This document shows, piece after piece, positions 47,712 to 56,045 of a stretch of DNA of 64,000 nucleotides. The position numbers and the translations under genes are program-made. Below the pieces are notes generated by a model, which did no database searches, was not told the DNA's origin, and was given only the letters and a program-made list of their open reading frames with translations. The stretch is from Acidobacteriota bacterium (GTDB taxonomy: Bacteria > Acidobacteriota > Vicinamibacteria > Vicinamibacterales > UBA8438): NCBI GenBank assembly GCA_009861545.1, contig VXME01000029.1:306-64305 (forward strand). Reading direction: 5' to 3'. The stretch's first letter is position 1; every line of letters begins with the position of its first letter.

Positions 47712-49013
47712 TCAGGCCTTCCCGCGCGGACGCGGCCTGCTCCGCAGCAGAACGCGTATCCGGTCGGCGTTCGCCGCCGCGTCGCTCTCGCCCAGTTCCA
47801 TCAGGCGGGTCAGGTAGGCGGGCTCGAAGGCCAGCAGGCTCAGCAAGTCGGGCGACTTGACCTCCCGTGATCCGAGTCCTCGGACCAGGTGGCGAAAAGC
47901 GCGGGGCAGTTGCGCCTCGTACTCGGCCGCAAGGCGAGAGATGTCCACCGACGGGCGGATGACGAGGAGCTCGATCGGTCGCATCCCGCGCCGCTTTTCG
48001 GGCGCCACTTCGCGGAGGAGCCGGTTGATTCGCTCCAGCTCCAGCGCATCGCGGTCGAGGTCGTCGAGGAAGACGGCATCGAGAAGCTGCCCGGCGATCT
48101 GCATCGGGGGAGGGTGGCGCCGCGTGTTCGCATCGTCGATGGTCCCGCTCGCCCCGAAACGCGTCGACACGGCGAGGATCCGATTCGCGCCGAGGTGCAG
48201 GGCCGGCGAGAAGGGCGCCGTCAGGCGGATGCCGCCGTCGCCGTGCCAGCCGTCCGTCAGGTGCACGGCGGGGAAGAAAAGAGGGAGTGCCGACGAGGCG
48301 AGCACGTGGTCGAGCGTCAGCGCGGTGTTCCGGCTGCGTCTGTCGGGCCGCGCCCATTCGCGCAGATCTCGACCCTGCGTCCATACGACCGATTGTCCGG
48401 TCCCGTAGTGGCTGGTCAGCAGGGCGAGCGCCCACAGGCGCCCCTCCGCGATGTTCTCGGCGATGCCGGCGATGTTTCCGTCGCGCGACTCGAAGACGTC
48501 CGCCAGCGTCCGGCGCAAGGGCGACGTATCGACCAGGCCCTGAACGGCCGGCGCCAGCCGGGCGCCGCCCGCGATCAGGCGCAGGCCCCACCGGACGACC
48601 AGACCGCCGAGCGAGGGGCCGTCGGTGCGGAAGACGCGTTCGGCGGTCAGGTTGCTCCAGAGGTCGAACAGCCGGTCCACCGCCTCCGTCTGGGCGCCGC
48701 GGTACGACGCGAGGAACGCGGCGTTGATGGCGCCGGCCGACACGCCGGTCACGATGGGAAAGTGGGCGTCGGGGATGTTTCTCGATACCCAGCGCAGGAA
48801 GCCGACCTGGTAGGCGCCGCGGGCGCCGCCGCCGGGCAAGAGAATGGCCAGGTCGTCGGCGCCGCGGGGCCGTTGCGTCCGCGGCCTGGCGGTGTTCGCG
48901 GGATCGGTCTCGGGCAAGTCGTGGCGTCCATCCTTCCGCTCGGGTGCGAGCAGGCACGTATAGTGTCTCACGGTGCCCGCTGCGAACGAGTCGAACGCGC
49001 TCGATCTGCGCAC
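47712..49013 (-). CDS. Patatin-like phospholipase
   Basis: Oxyanion motif LPGGGARGAYQVG, nucleophile elbow GVSAGAINA (GxSxG), and a distal DGG(I) motif (WHGDGGIR). The start is uncertain; a GTG at 48971 is an alternative. Confidence 0.85.
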   Translation of the reverse strand: MRRSSAFDSFAAGTVRHYTCLLAPERKDGRHDLPETDPANTARPRTQRPRGADDLAILLPGGGARGAYQVGFLRWVSRNIPDAHFPIVTGVSAGAINAAFLASYRGAQTEAVDRLFDLWSNLTAERVFRTDGPSLGGLVVRWGLRLIAGGARLAPAVQGLVDTSPLRRTLADVFESRDGNIAGIAENIAEGRLWALALLTSHYGTGQSVVWTQGRDLREWARPDRRSRNTALTLDHVLASSALPLFFPAVHLTDGWHGDGGIRLTAPFSPALHLGANRILAVSTRFGASGTIDDANTRRHPPPMQIAGQLLDAVFLDDLDRDALELERINRLLREVAPEKRRGMRPIELLVIRPSVDISRLAAEYEAQLPRAFRHLVRGLGSREVKSPDLLSLLAFEPAYLTRLMELGESDAAANADRIRVLLRSRPRPRGKA

Positions 49014-50016
49014 GGCGATCGATGGACTGCTGGACGGCGTGTCGTTCGCCGAGTTGCGCCGCGCGTCGGATCAGCTCTCCGCCGCCTATCGCGCGGGCCC
49101 GTCGCGCGGCTCCGGGTCGATCCGGACGGCGCACGACCGGCTGGCGTACCTGGCGGCGAGACTGCCGTCGACGTTCGAGGCGACCCGCGCGGTTCTGGGC
49201 GAGTTGCGCGGCCGGGCTCCACACGTGCGGGCAGAGAGCCTGTTGGAGCTCGGTGCAGGGCCGGCGCCCGGGCTCTGGGCGGCTGAGCGGTTCTTCCCGG
49301 AGCTGTCCCGTGCCACGCATGTCGAGGTCGACGCGGACATGGCGCAGTTGGGTCGACGGCTGCTGAAGGCGGGGCACTTCGATGCACGGGTCGAGTCGAC
49401 GTGGTTGCTGCGTGACGTCGCACGGGCGCGTGAGCTCGGTGCGCACGATCTCGTGCTCGTCGGCTACGTGCTCGGTGAGTTGCCGGTGTCGGCCGGGGAC
49501 GAGCTCGTCGACGCGGCGTGGAACGTCACCGCCGCGGCGCTCGTCATCGTCGAGCCGGGTACGCCGGCGGGCGCCGCCCGTGTGATTCGGGCGCGGGCGC
49601 GCTTGATCGACCAGAGCGGCAACGTTGCGGCGCCCTGCCCTCACGCCGGCGCGTGCCCGCTGGCGTCGGACGACTGGTGCCACTTCGCCGCGCGTGTCGA
49701 CAGATCGAGCGTTCAGCGCCGCCTCAAGGGCGGATCGCTGGGCTACGAAGACGAGAAGTACGCCTACGTGGTGGTGACCCGAGGAGCCGCCGACCGGTGC
49801 GCGGCGCGGGTGCTGCGCCGTCCGGTCGCCCAAGCCCGCCGGGTATCGCTGCGCCTCTGCACATCCGAAGGGTTGCGGCAGGAACTGGTGACCCGCCGCG
49901 AGGGTGAACGGTACCGGGCCGCGCGCAAGGCACGGTGGGGTGATGGTTGGCAGCCGGCGGCGGGGGAGGCCGGTGATGGGACGGGATTGCCTGCCGCTCG
50001 TGCAGGTACTGCATGA
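48973..50016 (+). CDS. Rsm22-like SAM-dependent methyltransferase
   Basis: LLELGAGPAPGLWA SAM motif. AYLAARLPSTFEA and the C-terminal Cys cluster CPHAGACPL...WCHF are typical of the Rsm22/COG5459 family. GTG start. Confidence 0.7.
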   Translation: MPAANESNALDLRTAIDGLLDGVSFAELRRASDQLSAAYRAGPSRGSGSIRTAHDRLAYLAARLPSTFEATRAVLGELRGRAPHVRAESLLELGAGPAPGLWAAERFFPELSRATHVEVDADMAQLGRRLLKAGHFDARVESTWLLRDVARARELGAHDLVLVGYVLGELPVSAGDELVDAAWNVTAAALVIVEPGTPAGAARVIRARARLIDQSGNVAAPCPHAGACPLASDDWCHFAARVDRSSVQRRLKGGSLGYEDEKYAYVVVTRGAADRCAARVLRRPVAQARRVSLRLCTSEGLRQELVTRREGERYRAARKARWGDGWQPAAGEAGDGTGLPAARAGTA

Positions 50017-50022
50017 TATCAT
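50013..50022. promoter_or_regulatory. Perfect 10-bp palindrome ATGATATCAT in an AT-rich patch upstream of vapB (candidate operator/-10 region)
   Basis: The palindrome was read directly from the sequence. It lies 28 nt upstream of the GTG at 50050, in the only AT-rich stretch of the neighbourhood (CATGATATCATTATGGAAATA). Confidence 0.4.
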
Positions 50023-50049
50023 TATGGAAATACGGGGAACCAGTTTTCC

Positions 50050-50316
50050 GTGAAGACAACCGTCGACATCCCCGACGCGCTCTATCGTCAAGCGAAGATC
50101 CGGGCCGCCGAGGAGGGCACGACTTTGCGCGCGCTCCTGGTGAATTCTCTCGCCGAGTCGCTCGTTCGTCAGGCCTCGAACGCCGAGACACTCCCACGCC
50201 GGCAGCGGTTCGAGGTCGATGAGCGGGGCTGGCCGGTGCTCAAGCGAGCCCCCGGGGACACCACGGTCGTCACGGACGAGCTGGTGAACCGGCTGCGTGA
50301 GCTCGAGGGCGTTTGA
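50050..50316 (+). CDS. vapB: Type II antitoxin (VapB-like, DUF2191-type)
   Basis: 88 aa. N-terminal MKTTVDIPDALYRQAKIRAAEEGTTLRALL pattern. The stop overlaps the toxin start. Confidence 0.75.
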   Translation: MKTTVDIPDALYRQAKIRAAEEGTTLRALLVNSLAESLVRQASNAETLPRRQRFEVDERGWPVLKRAPGDTTVVTDELVNRLRELEGV

Positions 50317-50762
50317 GCGTGGACTTCCTGCTGGACGTCAACGTGCTGATCGCACGGGCGGACTCTCGCCACGAACATCATGCGCGTTGCCGTCGTTGGG
50401 AAAACGCACATGCCGCCGCCGCTCTGTGTACCTGTCCGTTGACCGAGAACGGTTTCCTTCGCATCTATGGTCATCCCAGATATCCCGGCGGTCCCGGTTC
50501 GCCGGGCGAGGCACTGGTCGAGCTCCGCTACCTCCTTGCTTTTCCCTCTCATCGGTTCTTGCCTGCCGACCTCACCGTGGCGCACGCGCCGACATTCGGA
50601 GACCTCCGCGGCGTCACTCCGAAGCAACTGGCGGATCTCTACCTGCTCGCCGTTGCCTTGCGGCATGGCGTCCGGTTCGCCACGCTGGACGAAGCCGTGC
50701 CGGCAACGCTGATTTCCGGCGGACCCGCGGCGCTCCATGTGATTCCGCCGGAAGGGGCGTGA
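50313..50762 (+). CDS. vapC: PIN-domain ribonuclease toxin VapC
   Basis: FLLDVNVLIA (Asp 1), TENGFLRI, and LATLD near the C-terminus. TTG start overlaps the vapB stop. Confidence 0.8.
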   Translation: MSVDFLLDVNVLIARADSRHEHHARCRRWENAHAAAALCTCPLTENGFLRIYGHPRYPGGPGSPGEALVELRYLLAFPSHRFLPADLTVAHAPTFGDLRGVTPKQLADLYLLAVALRHGVRFATLDEAVPATLISGGPAALHVIPPEGA

Positions 50763-51166
50763 TGCAGACGAGGCGGCTCGCGGCCTCCGGAGCGGTTGTT
50801 GCGCCCGACGGCTCGCGGATTCGCGAGCTGGTCACCGTCGCGCGCGGCAGCATGGTGCATTGCACGCTGCCGAAGGGCGCGGCTTCCAGCGCGGTCGTTC
50901 ACGCCACGGTCGACGAGGCGTGGTACTTCCTGGCCGGGGCGGGTCAGGTCTGGCGCAATCAGGACGGAGCCGAGTCGGTGGTCGACGTCGAGGCCGGCGT
51001 GGCGCTGACCATCGAGTGCGGGACGCATTTCCAGTTCCGCAATACGGGCGACGAGGACCTCCACTTCGTCATCGCGACGATGCCGCCGTGGCCCGGCGCG
51101 CAGGAGGCGCGACGAGTGAGGAATCACTGGCCGGTGCCGCGGGCGGGCGCAGCTTCCGACGTGTGA
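50762..51166 (+). CDS. Cupin domain protein
   Basis: 134 aa. H..VDEAWYFLAG.G.V plus GTHFQFRN beta-barrel motifs. The ATG at 50762 abuts the vapC stop. Confidence 0.7.
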   Translation: MQTRRLAASGAVVAPDGSRIRELVTVARGSMVHCTLPKGAASSAVVHATVDEAWYFLAGAGQVWRNQDGAESVVDVEAGVALTIECGTHFQFRNTGDEDLHFVIATMPPWPGAQEARRVRNHWPVPRAGAASDV

Positions 51167-51180
51167 CCGCGGATTTCCGG

Positions 51181-51214
51181 CGGGTCCCGGATCCGCCGGG
51201 TCCCGGATCCGGCG
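51181..51214. repeat. Two tandem 17-nt units, each with a GGATCC-centred palindrome
   Basis: GGGTCCCGGATCCGCC / GGGTCCCGGATCCGGC, located in the convergent intergenic region between the cupin and NHL genes. Confidence 0.7.
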
Positions 51215-51270
51215 AGTCCGCAGACGCCGGTTCCGTTGCGGCCTGGTCGGCCTTCGACGCGGCCCGAACC

Positions 51271-52815
51271 CTACCTGAGAACGCGGATACGGTGCGCCTC
51301 GCTGTCTCCTACGTAGAGTGCGCCGGCCTCGTCCACCCAGATCCCGTGCGGCCGGTTCATCCTGCAGCGCCGCGGCTCGGGCTCCGGCCCGTCGCCCCGC
51401 TCGCCGGTCCCGAGGGCCGTCGTGATGATGCCGGTCGCGACGTTGATGCGCCGGATCACGTGGTTCTCCGTGTCGGCGACGTAGAGCGTGCCGTCGGCAG
51501 CGTAGGCGAGCCCCTTAGGACCGGCCAGGGTCGCCTCGCGGGCCGGGCCGCCGTCGCCGGTGTAGCCCTGCTCGCCGGTGCCCGCCACGTGGTGGATGGT
51601 CTCGTTCGCGAGGTCGATGCGGTAGATGGCGTTTCCCTCCCGCAACGCGAGATAGAGGTTGCCGTCCGGATCCAGCGCCATCGCGCGCGGTCCATTCAGC
51701 GGCGTTCCCGCCAGCGGCGCGCCGTCGGGCGTCGGCTCGCGCTCGCCGGTGCCGGCGAAGGTCTCGATGAGTCCGGTCTCGAGGTCTACGCGCCGCATCC
51801 GGTGATTGCCGATGTCGCAGATCAGCAGGCGCCCGTCCGGCGCGAAGACGATGCTGTGCGGGGCGCGGAGCTGCGCCTCGGCCGCCGGCCCGCCGTCGCC
51901 GGAGAACCCGGCCTCGCCGGTGCCGGCCACCGTGGAGATGATTCCCGTCTGCATGTCGACCTTGCGGACCGCGTGGTTGTCGCGCTCGACGATGTAGAGG
52001 TCTCCCCGCGCATCGAACTGGATCTCGTGCGGCATGTTCAGCATGGCGTCCGTCGCCTGCCCGCCGTCGCCGCCGTAACCCCGCTCGCCGTTGCCGGCAA
52101 TCGTCGTCGTCCTCCCCGTCGCCAGGTTCAGGCGCCGGATCATCTGGTTGTCGAGGTCGCAGAAGTAGAGCGCGCCGTCGGGTCCGATCACCACCCCGTA
52201 GGGGTTGTTGACCTGCATGTCCGACAGGCCCGGCTCGCCGTCGCCGATGATCGTGGACACCTCGCCGAAGACCTGGAAGGTCTGCTCCAGCGTGATCGCC
52301 GTGCCGGCGTTCGCGTCGCGCACCTCGGCGCGCACCAAGTAGCGGCCGAGCGCATCGGCGTCGGTGAGATCGATTCCCGCGTAGCCGACGGACAGGCCGA
52401 TGGTGCCGGCCACCGGCGCGGGCTTGGCCCGCCACAGCTCCAGGCCGGGGGCCTGGAAGAGCGAGGTGCCGTCCGGGCGGATCACCTCCAGGTCGAACGC
52501 CGTGTCGCACAGGCCGACGCGGTTCTCGGCGCAGCCGATGAAGAAGATGAACGGCGCGAGCGGCTGTCCGCGCCGGCCGATGCGGGTCGTGCTGATGGAG
52601 ACCCCGGGGGTGCGCTGCACCCAGGCCTCGAGGAACTCGTCCGGGCGGTTCGACAGCACCAGCATGGCGCCGAAGCCGTTCTGCAGCTTGCGCCAGGACT
52701 CGTCGGGGAGCGGCCTTCCGCCGCTGTGCCACTGGCCCGTGGCCGGGGCCGCCAGCGCGATGCCCAGAAGTGCGGCGAGGATGAGCGTCGGAAGCGTTCG
52801 CGCCTGTCTTTTCAT
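51271..52815 (-). CDS. NHL-repeat (six-bladed beta-propeller) secreted protein
   Basis: Start MKRQARTLPTLILAALLGIALAAPATG (cat at 52813-15). Six repeats of the type P.G...D..G.LY..D..NH.IRR. This is the C-terminal two-thirds of ORF 51271..53553. Confidence 0.8.
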   Translation of the reverse strand: MKRQARTLPTLILAALLGIALAAPATGQWHSGGRPLPDESWRKLQNGFGAMLVLSNRPDEFLEAWVQRTPGVSISTTRIGRRGQPLAPFIFFIGCAENRVGLCDTAFDLEVIRPDGTSLFQAPGLELWRAKPAPVAGTIGLSVGYAGIDLTDADALGRYLVRAEVRDANAGTAITLEQTFQVFGEVSTIIGDGEPGLSDMQVNNPYGVVIGPDGALYFCDLDNQMIRRLNLATGRTTTIAGNGERGYGGDGGQATDAMLNMPHEIQFDARGDLYIVERDNHAVRKVDMQTGIISTVAGTGEAGFSGDGGPAAEAQLRAPHSIVFAPDGRLLICDIGNHRMRRVDLETGLIETFAGTGEREPTPDGAPLAGTPLNGPRAMALDPDGNLYLALREGNAIYRIDLANETIHHVAGTGEQGYTGDGGPAREATLAGPKGLAYAADGTLYVADTENHVIRRINVATGIITTALGTGERGDGPEPEPRRCRMNRPHGIWVDEAGALYVGDSEAHRIRVLR

Positions 52816-52823
52816 CGTCTTGC

Positions 52824-53846
52824 CTAGAAGGTGGCGATAGGGTTGAGCGGCGATCCCATGCCCTTCTCGATGCGGAGCGGTGCGGCCACGAAGAGGAACT
52901 CGTAGCGGCCCAGCTCGCGCGCCGTCGCCGCGAGGTCGTCGAAGTCGAGGTTGTCGAAGATGCCGACGCCGAGCGCGACGAGGGCCAGCCGGTGGATCGG
53001 CAATCGGACGTCGTCGGAGAACTCGTGCGGAAACGCGTCGTTCCACATGTCGTGGCCGATGAAGGAGACGCCCCGTTCCTTCAGGTAGTACGCCACGTCG
53101 GCATGGTAGCCGGCCACGCCCTCCTCGGACGGGTTCCAGGGCCCGAGCGTCGCCCGCCGCTTCCACCGGCCGGTGTGCAGCAGGATGACGTCCCCCGGCT
53201 CGACCCGCACGCCCTGGATGCGCTCGAGCTCTTCGAGATCCGCCGCGCGAATCGCCGTGCCCGGTTCCACCCATCCCTCTCCGGAGTCCTTCCCAGGCAG
53301 CAGCGTCGCATCGAACAGGATGCCGCGCGTGAAGATGCCTTCCCGCAGCGCGTGGATGCTTCCCTGCGGGCAACCCTCCGCCGCCCTGACCTGCTCGACC
53401 GTCACCCCGTTGTAGCCCTTGCCGTCGAACATCACGTGGCAGGCGACCGAATCGAGGTGGCTGTGGATGACGCCGTGGTAGGTGCCGGTGTACTGGTAGC
53501 GGTCGGAGGCGCCGGTCTCGCTGACGTTGACCACCTGCCGGTCGAGATACCACTGGCCCTCGAGCGTCGGCGCCTGGATGATGTCGTGGGCCAGCGATAC
53601 GCTGCGGCCCTCGGTCACCAGCGCGGCGGCGGCCTTCCGCTTGTCCGGCGTGATGAGGTTGGCGGCGCCCAGCCCGTCGTCGGGACCCCAGCGGCCCCAG
53701 TTCGAGAGCTCTTCCATCGCGTGCAGGAACTCTGCCTCGGTGGTCATTGCGGGGCGCGTCTGGGAGTCGACGGTGACGGCGGCCGCACCGATCAGCAGCG
53801 CCACGAGAACCGGGACGACGCCGGGTCGCAGAGCGTGAGTGAACAT
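52824..53846 (-). CDS. Cyclase-family protein (kynurenine formamidase-like fold), secreted
   Basis: Start MFTHALRPG, preceded by GGAGG. Motifs WGRWGPDD.LGA.N, GTYHGVIHSHLD, ILLHTGW. Signal peptide present. Confidence 0.75.
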   Translation of the reverse strand: MFTHALRPGVVPVLVALLIGAAAVTVDSQTRPAMTTEAEFLHAMEELSNWGRWGPDDGLGAANLITPDKRKAAAALVTEGRSVSLAHDIIQAPTLEGQWYLDRQVVNVSETGASDRYQYTGTYHGVIHSHLDSVACHVMFDGKGYNGVTVEQVRAAEGCPQGSIHALREGIFTRGILFDATLLPGKDSGEGWVEPGTAIRAADLEELERIQGVRVEPGDVILLHTGRWKRRATLGPWNPSEEGVAGYHADVAYYLKERGVSFIGHDMWNDAFPHEFSDDVRLPIHRLALVALGVGIFDNLDFDDLAATARELGRYEFLFVAAPLRIEKGMGSPLNPIATF

Positions 53847-53968
53847 GGTGCCTCCTTCGGCCAGTCGTGCCGAGTGGGGCAGTTTACCCCGTCTCACCCC
53901 GTCCGGCGACTACCGCCCGGCGAAGCACAGGGCGGCAGGGGCGCTCGCACGCGTCGAGGGCGAAATTC

Positions 53969-53997
53969 TTGGCAGATGCAAAGTTTTGCGCTATAAT
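53969..53997 (+). promoter_or_regulatory. Near-consensus sigma70 promoter (TTGGCA-17 nt-TATAAT) for the Y-RNA/rsr unit
   Basis: TTGGCA at 53969-74 and TATAAT at 53992-97 with exactly 17-nt spacing. The predicted TSS at about G54004 coincides with the first base of the terminal stem of the downstream RNA. Confidence 0.7.
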
Positions 53998-54003
53998 GAT
54001 TCT

Positions 54004-54142
54004 GCTTCGAGCCGGAGCATCGAGGGTTATCAGGGACCACGGAGGTTGTGGGTTCGAGTCCCACTCCGTCGCTCAGGCGGCGGACAGCTCAATCCAGGAC
54101 GAGAGCGCCGGGTTTTCCCTCTTGCGATCCCTTGCTCGAGGC
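54004..54142 (+). ncRNA. Y-RNA-like ncRNA with tRNA-like domain (YrlA-type)
   Basis: A 9-bp terminal stem, GCUUCGAGC (54004-12) with GCUCGAGGC (54134-42). Conserved 5' GAGCCGGAGC..GAGGGUUAUC and 3' CCCU..CCCUUGCUC module. Internal tRNA-like T-arm GUGGG-UUCGAGU-CCCAC (54048-64), stacked on ACGGA/UCCGU (54039-43/54065-69). Located immediately upstream of rsr. Confidence 0.7.
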
Positions 54143-54146
54143 GTTT

Positions 54147-54221
54147 CGCGCTGAGCCGAAGCGGCAGGGTTATCTGCTTCCAACGCAACCCCCCCTTCCG
54201 CAGCCCCTTGTTCAGTGCGCC
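54147..54221 (+). ncRNA. Short Y-RNA-like ncRNA (second copy)
   Basis: GCGCUGAGCCGAAGCGGCAGGGUUAUCU...CCCUUCCGCAGCCCCUUGUUCAGUGCGC. Terminal stem GCGC+UGAGC with GUUCA+GCGC. Inner stem GCGGCAGGG/CCCUUCCGC. Same conserved module as the other two elements. Confidence 0.6.
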
Positions 54222-54244
54222 ATGACGCGAATGGACACACTGAC

Positions 54245-55897
54245 ATGCGGGTTCTCAAGAACATCCACGGCGCCCCCGCGCCCCAGTCGGAGCCGATCGC
54301 GGGCCGCGAGACCGGGATGGTCCGCAACGCGGCGGGCGGTTACGTCTTCCCCGTCACGGACTGGATCCGCCTCGAACGGTTCCTGATCCTCGGAACCGAA
54401 GGCGGCACCTACTACACCGACGCGCGCACGCTTACCCTGGGGAACGCCGCTGTCGTACGCCGTTGCCTGGAAGCGGACGGGTCACGCACGGTGGAGACCA
54501 TCGTGGAGATCAGCGTCCGGGGTCGGGCCCCGTCGAACGACCCGGCGCTGTTCGCGCTGGCGATGGCGGCGAGCTTCGGCGATCCGAAGGACCGTCGGGC
54601 TGCCGGCGAGGCGCTGCCCCGGGTCGCTCGCATCGGGACGCACCTGCTGCACTTCGTCTCCTTCGTGAACGACATGCGCGGTTGGGGACGGTCGATCAAG
54701 CGCGCCGTCGGGCGCTGGTATACGGATCAGGAACTGGACCGGCTGACCCGCCAGGTGCTCAAGTATCGTCAGCGCGACGGTTGGAGCCATCGTGACGTGT
54801 TGCGACTGACCCACCCGAAGTGCGCCTCCGGGCAGCGGCTGAACGATCTCATGAGGTGGGTCACACATCCGGACACGACGCAGGTCGATCCGAAGCAGTT
54901 GCCGCTGGTGGACGCATTTCAGCGGCTACAGCGGGCGGAGACCGTCTCGGAAACCGCCGGGCTGTTGAAGGAACACGCGTGGCTGTCGCGCGAGATGGTG
55001 CCGACCGAACATCTGGCGCAGAAGGCCGTCTGGGAGGCGCTGCTCCCCAATCTGCCGATGACCGCGCTCGTGCGGAACCTGCCGGTGATGACGCGGCTCG
55101 ACGCCCTGCGGCCGCTGGCGGACGCAACGCGTGCGGTGACGGCGCGATTGACCGATCCGGAGGCGCTGCGCGCGGCCCGCGTGCATCCCCTGGCTTTGCT
55201 GGTCGCCTCGCGTACCTATGGCCAGGGCCGTTCGGAGCGCGGGTCGAGTACGTGGACGCCGACGCCCGCAGTCGCGGAGGCGCTGGAGCAGGCCTGCGTA
55301 CTGGCGTTCGATCACCTGGAGCCGATGGCCGGGCGCGTCTATCTCGCGGTCGACGTGTCCGGATCGATGGGCTGGTCGCACGTTGCCGGGCTGTCGAACC
55401 TGACGGCGCGGGAGGCCGCCGCGGCCATGGCGATGGTCATCGCCCGACACGCCGATCGGCACGTCATCAAGGGTTTTTCGGCGGCCGGCGGTGGAGGTCC
55501 TTCCAGCGGTGGATGGGCGCACCGGACCGCCATGCAGGCGTTGCCGATTACGGGTTCCAGCACGCTCCGCGAGGCGGTCGAGGCGACCACCGACTTGCCG
55601 TTCGGCGGTACGGACTGCGCACTGCCGATGCTGGATGCCCTGGAACGGGGAATCGAGGCCGACGTCTTCATCGTGCTTACCGACAACGAGACGTGGGCGG
55701 GGCGGATGCACCCGAGCGAGGCCCTGCGCCAGTACCGGCGCAGGACCGGCATTCCGGCCAGGCTGGTGGTGGTGGGGATGACGGCCACCGAATGCAGCAT
55801 CGCCGATCCCGAGGATGCCGGCATGCTGGACGTGGTCGGGTTCGACACCGCCGCACCGAACGTGATTCGAGAGTTCGTCGGAGGCGTTGCCGCGTGA
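54245..55897 (+). CDS. rsr: Ro60-related protein (TROVE domain + vWA/MIDAS)
   Basis: N-terminal PQSEPIAGRE..VRNAAGGYVFPVTDWIRLERFLILGTEGGTYY (TROVE hallmark). C-terminal vWA with MIDAS VDVSGSMG and GGTDC. ATG at 54245 is preferred over the GTG at 54215, which lies inside the upstream RNA stem. Confidence 0.9.
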   Translation: MRVLKNIHGAPAPQSEPIAGRETGMVRNAAGGYVFPVTDWIRLERFLILGTEGGTYYTDARTLTLGNAAVVRRCLEADGSRTVETIVEISVRGRAPSNDPALFALAMAASFGDPKDRRAAGEALPRVARIGTHLLHFVSFVNDMRGWGRSIKRAVGRWYTDQELDRLTRQVLKYRQRDGWSHRDVLRLTHPKCASGQRLNDLMRWVTHPDTTQVDPKQLPLVDAFQRLQRAETVSETAGLLKEHAWLSREMVPTEHLAQKAVWEALLPNLPMTALVRNLPVMTRLDALRPLADATRAVTARLTDPEALRAARVHPLALLVASRTYGQGRSERGSSTWTPTPAVAEALEQACVLAFDHLEPMAGRVYLAVDVSGSMGWSHVAGLSNLTAREAAAAMAMVIARHADRHVIKGFSAAGGGGPSSGGWAHRTAMQALPITGSSTLREAVEATTDLPFGGTDCALPMLDALERGIEADVFIVLTDNETWAGRMHPSEALRQYRRRTGIPARLVVVGMTATECSIADPEDAGMLDVVGFDTAAPNVIREFVGGVAA

Positions 55898-55952
55898 GAG
55901 GGCGGGTTCTCGGTCCCCGTACCGAGTGAGACCTGCCAGGGTCGTCGTTGCC

Positions 55953-56045
55953 GCGAGCCGAAGGGCGCGCTGAGCCGAAGCGCGAGGGTTATCTGCTTGA
56001 AACGGAGACCTACCCTCCCGCACTCCTTGTTCAGCGCATTCTCGC
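55953..56045 (+). ncRNA. Y-RNA-like ncRNA (third copy, downstream of rsr)
   Basis: GCGCUGAGCCGAAGCGCGAGGGUUAUCUGCUU...CCCUCCCGCACUCCUUGUUCAGCGC. Perfect 7-bp stem GCGCUGA/UCAGCGC (55967-73/56031-37), extended by G-U and C-G pairs. Inner stem GCGCGAGGG/CCCUCCCGC. Possible outer extension GCGAG/CUCGC. The ends are approximate. Confidence 0.6.

Noticed and set aside
47641-50091. 816-aa minus-strand ORF spanning the patatin and Rsm22-like region
   Set aside because: It is out of frame with, or antisense to, two well-supported genes. It is Arg/Pro-rich low complexity and is judged a GC artefact.
54039-54069. Possible tRNA gene (GGTTCGAGTCCCAC T-arm)
   Set aside because: Only a T-arm and a stacked acceptor-like stem are present, with no D-arm, anticodon arm or 3' acceptor end. 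The element is embedded between the paired ends of the Y-RNA-like transcript, so it is interpreted as a tRNA mimic and not as a tRNA.
54215-54244. GTG at 54215 as the rsr start codon
   Set aside because: It lies within the 3' strand of the second Y-RNA-like stem and adds 10 non-conserved residues. The ATG at 54245 gives an N-terminus consistent with the family.
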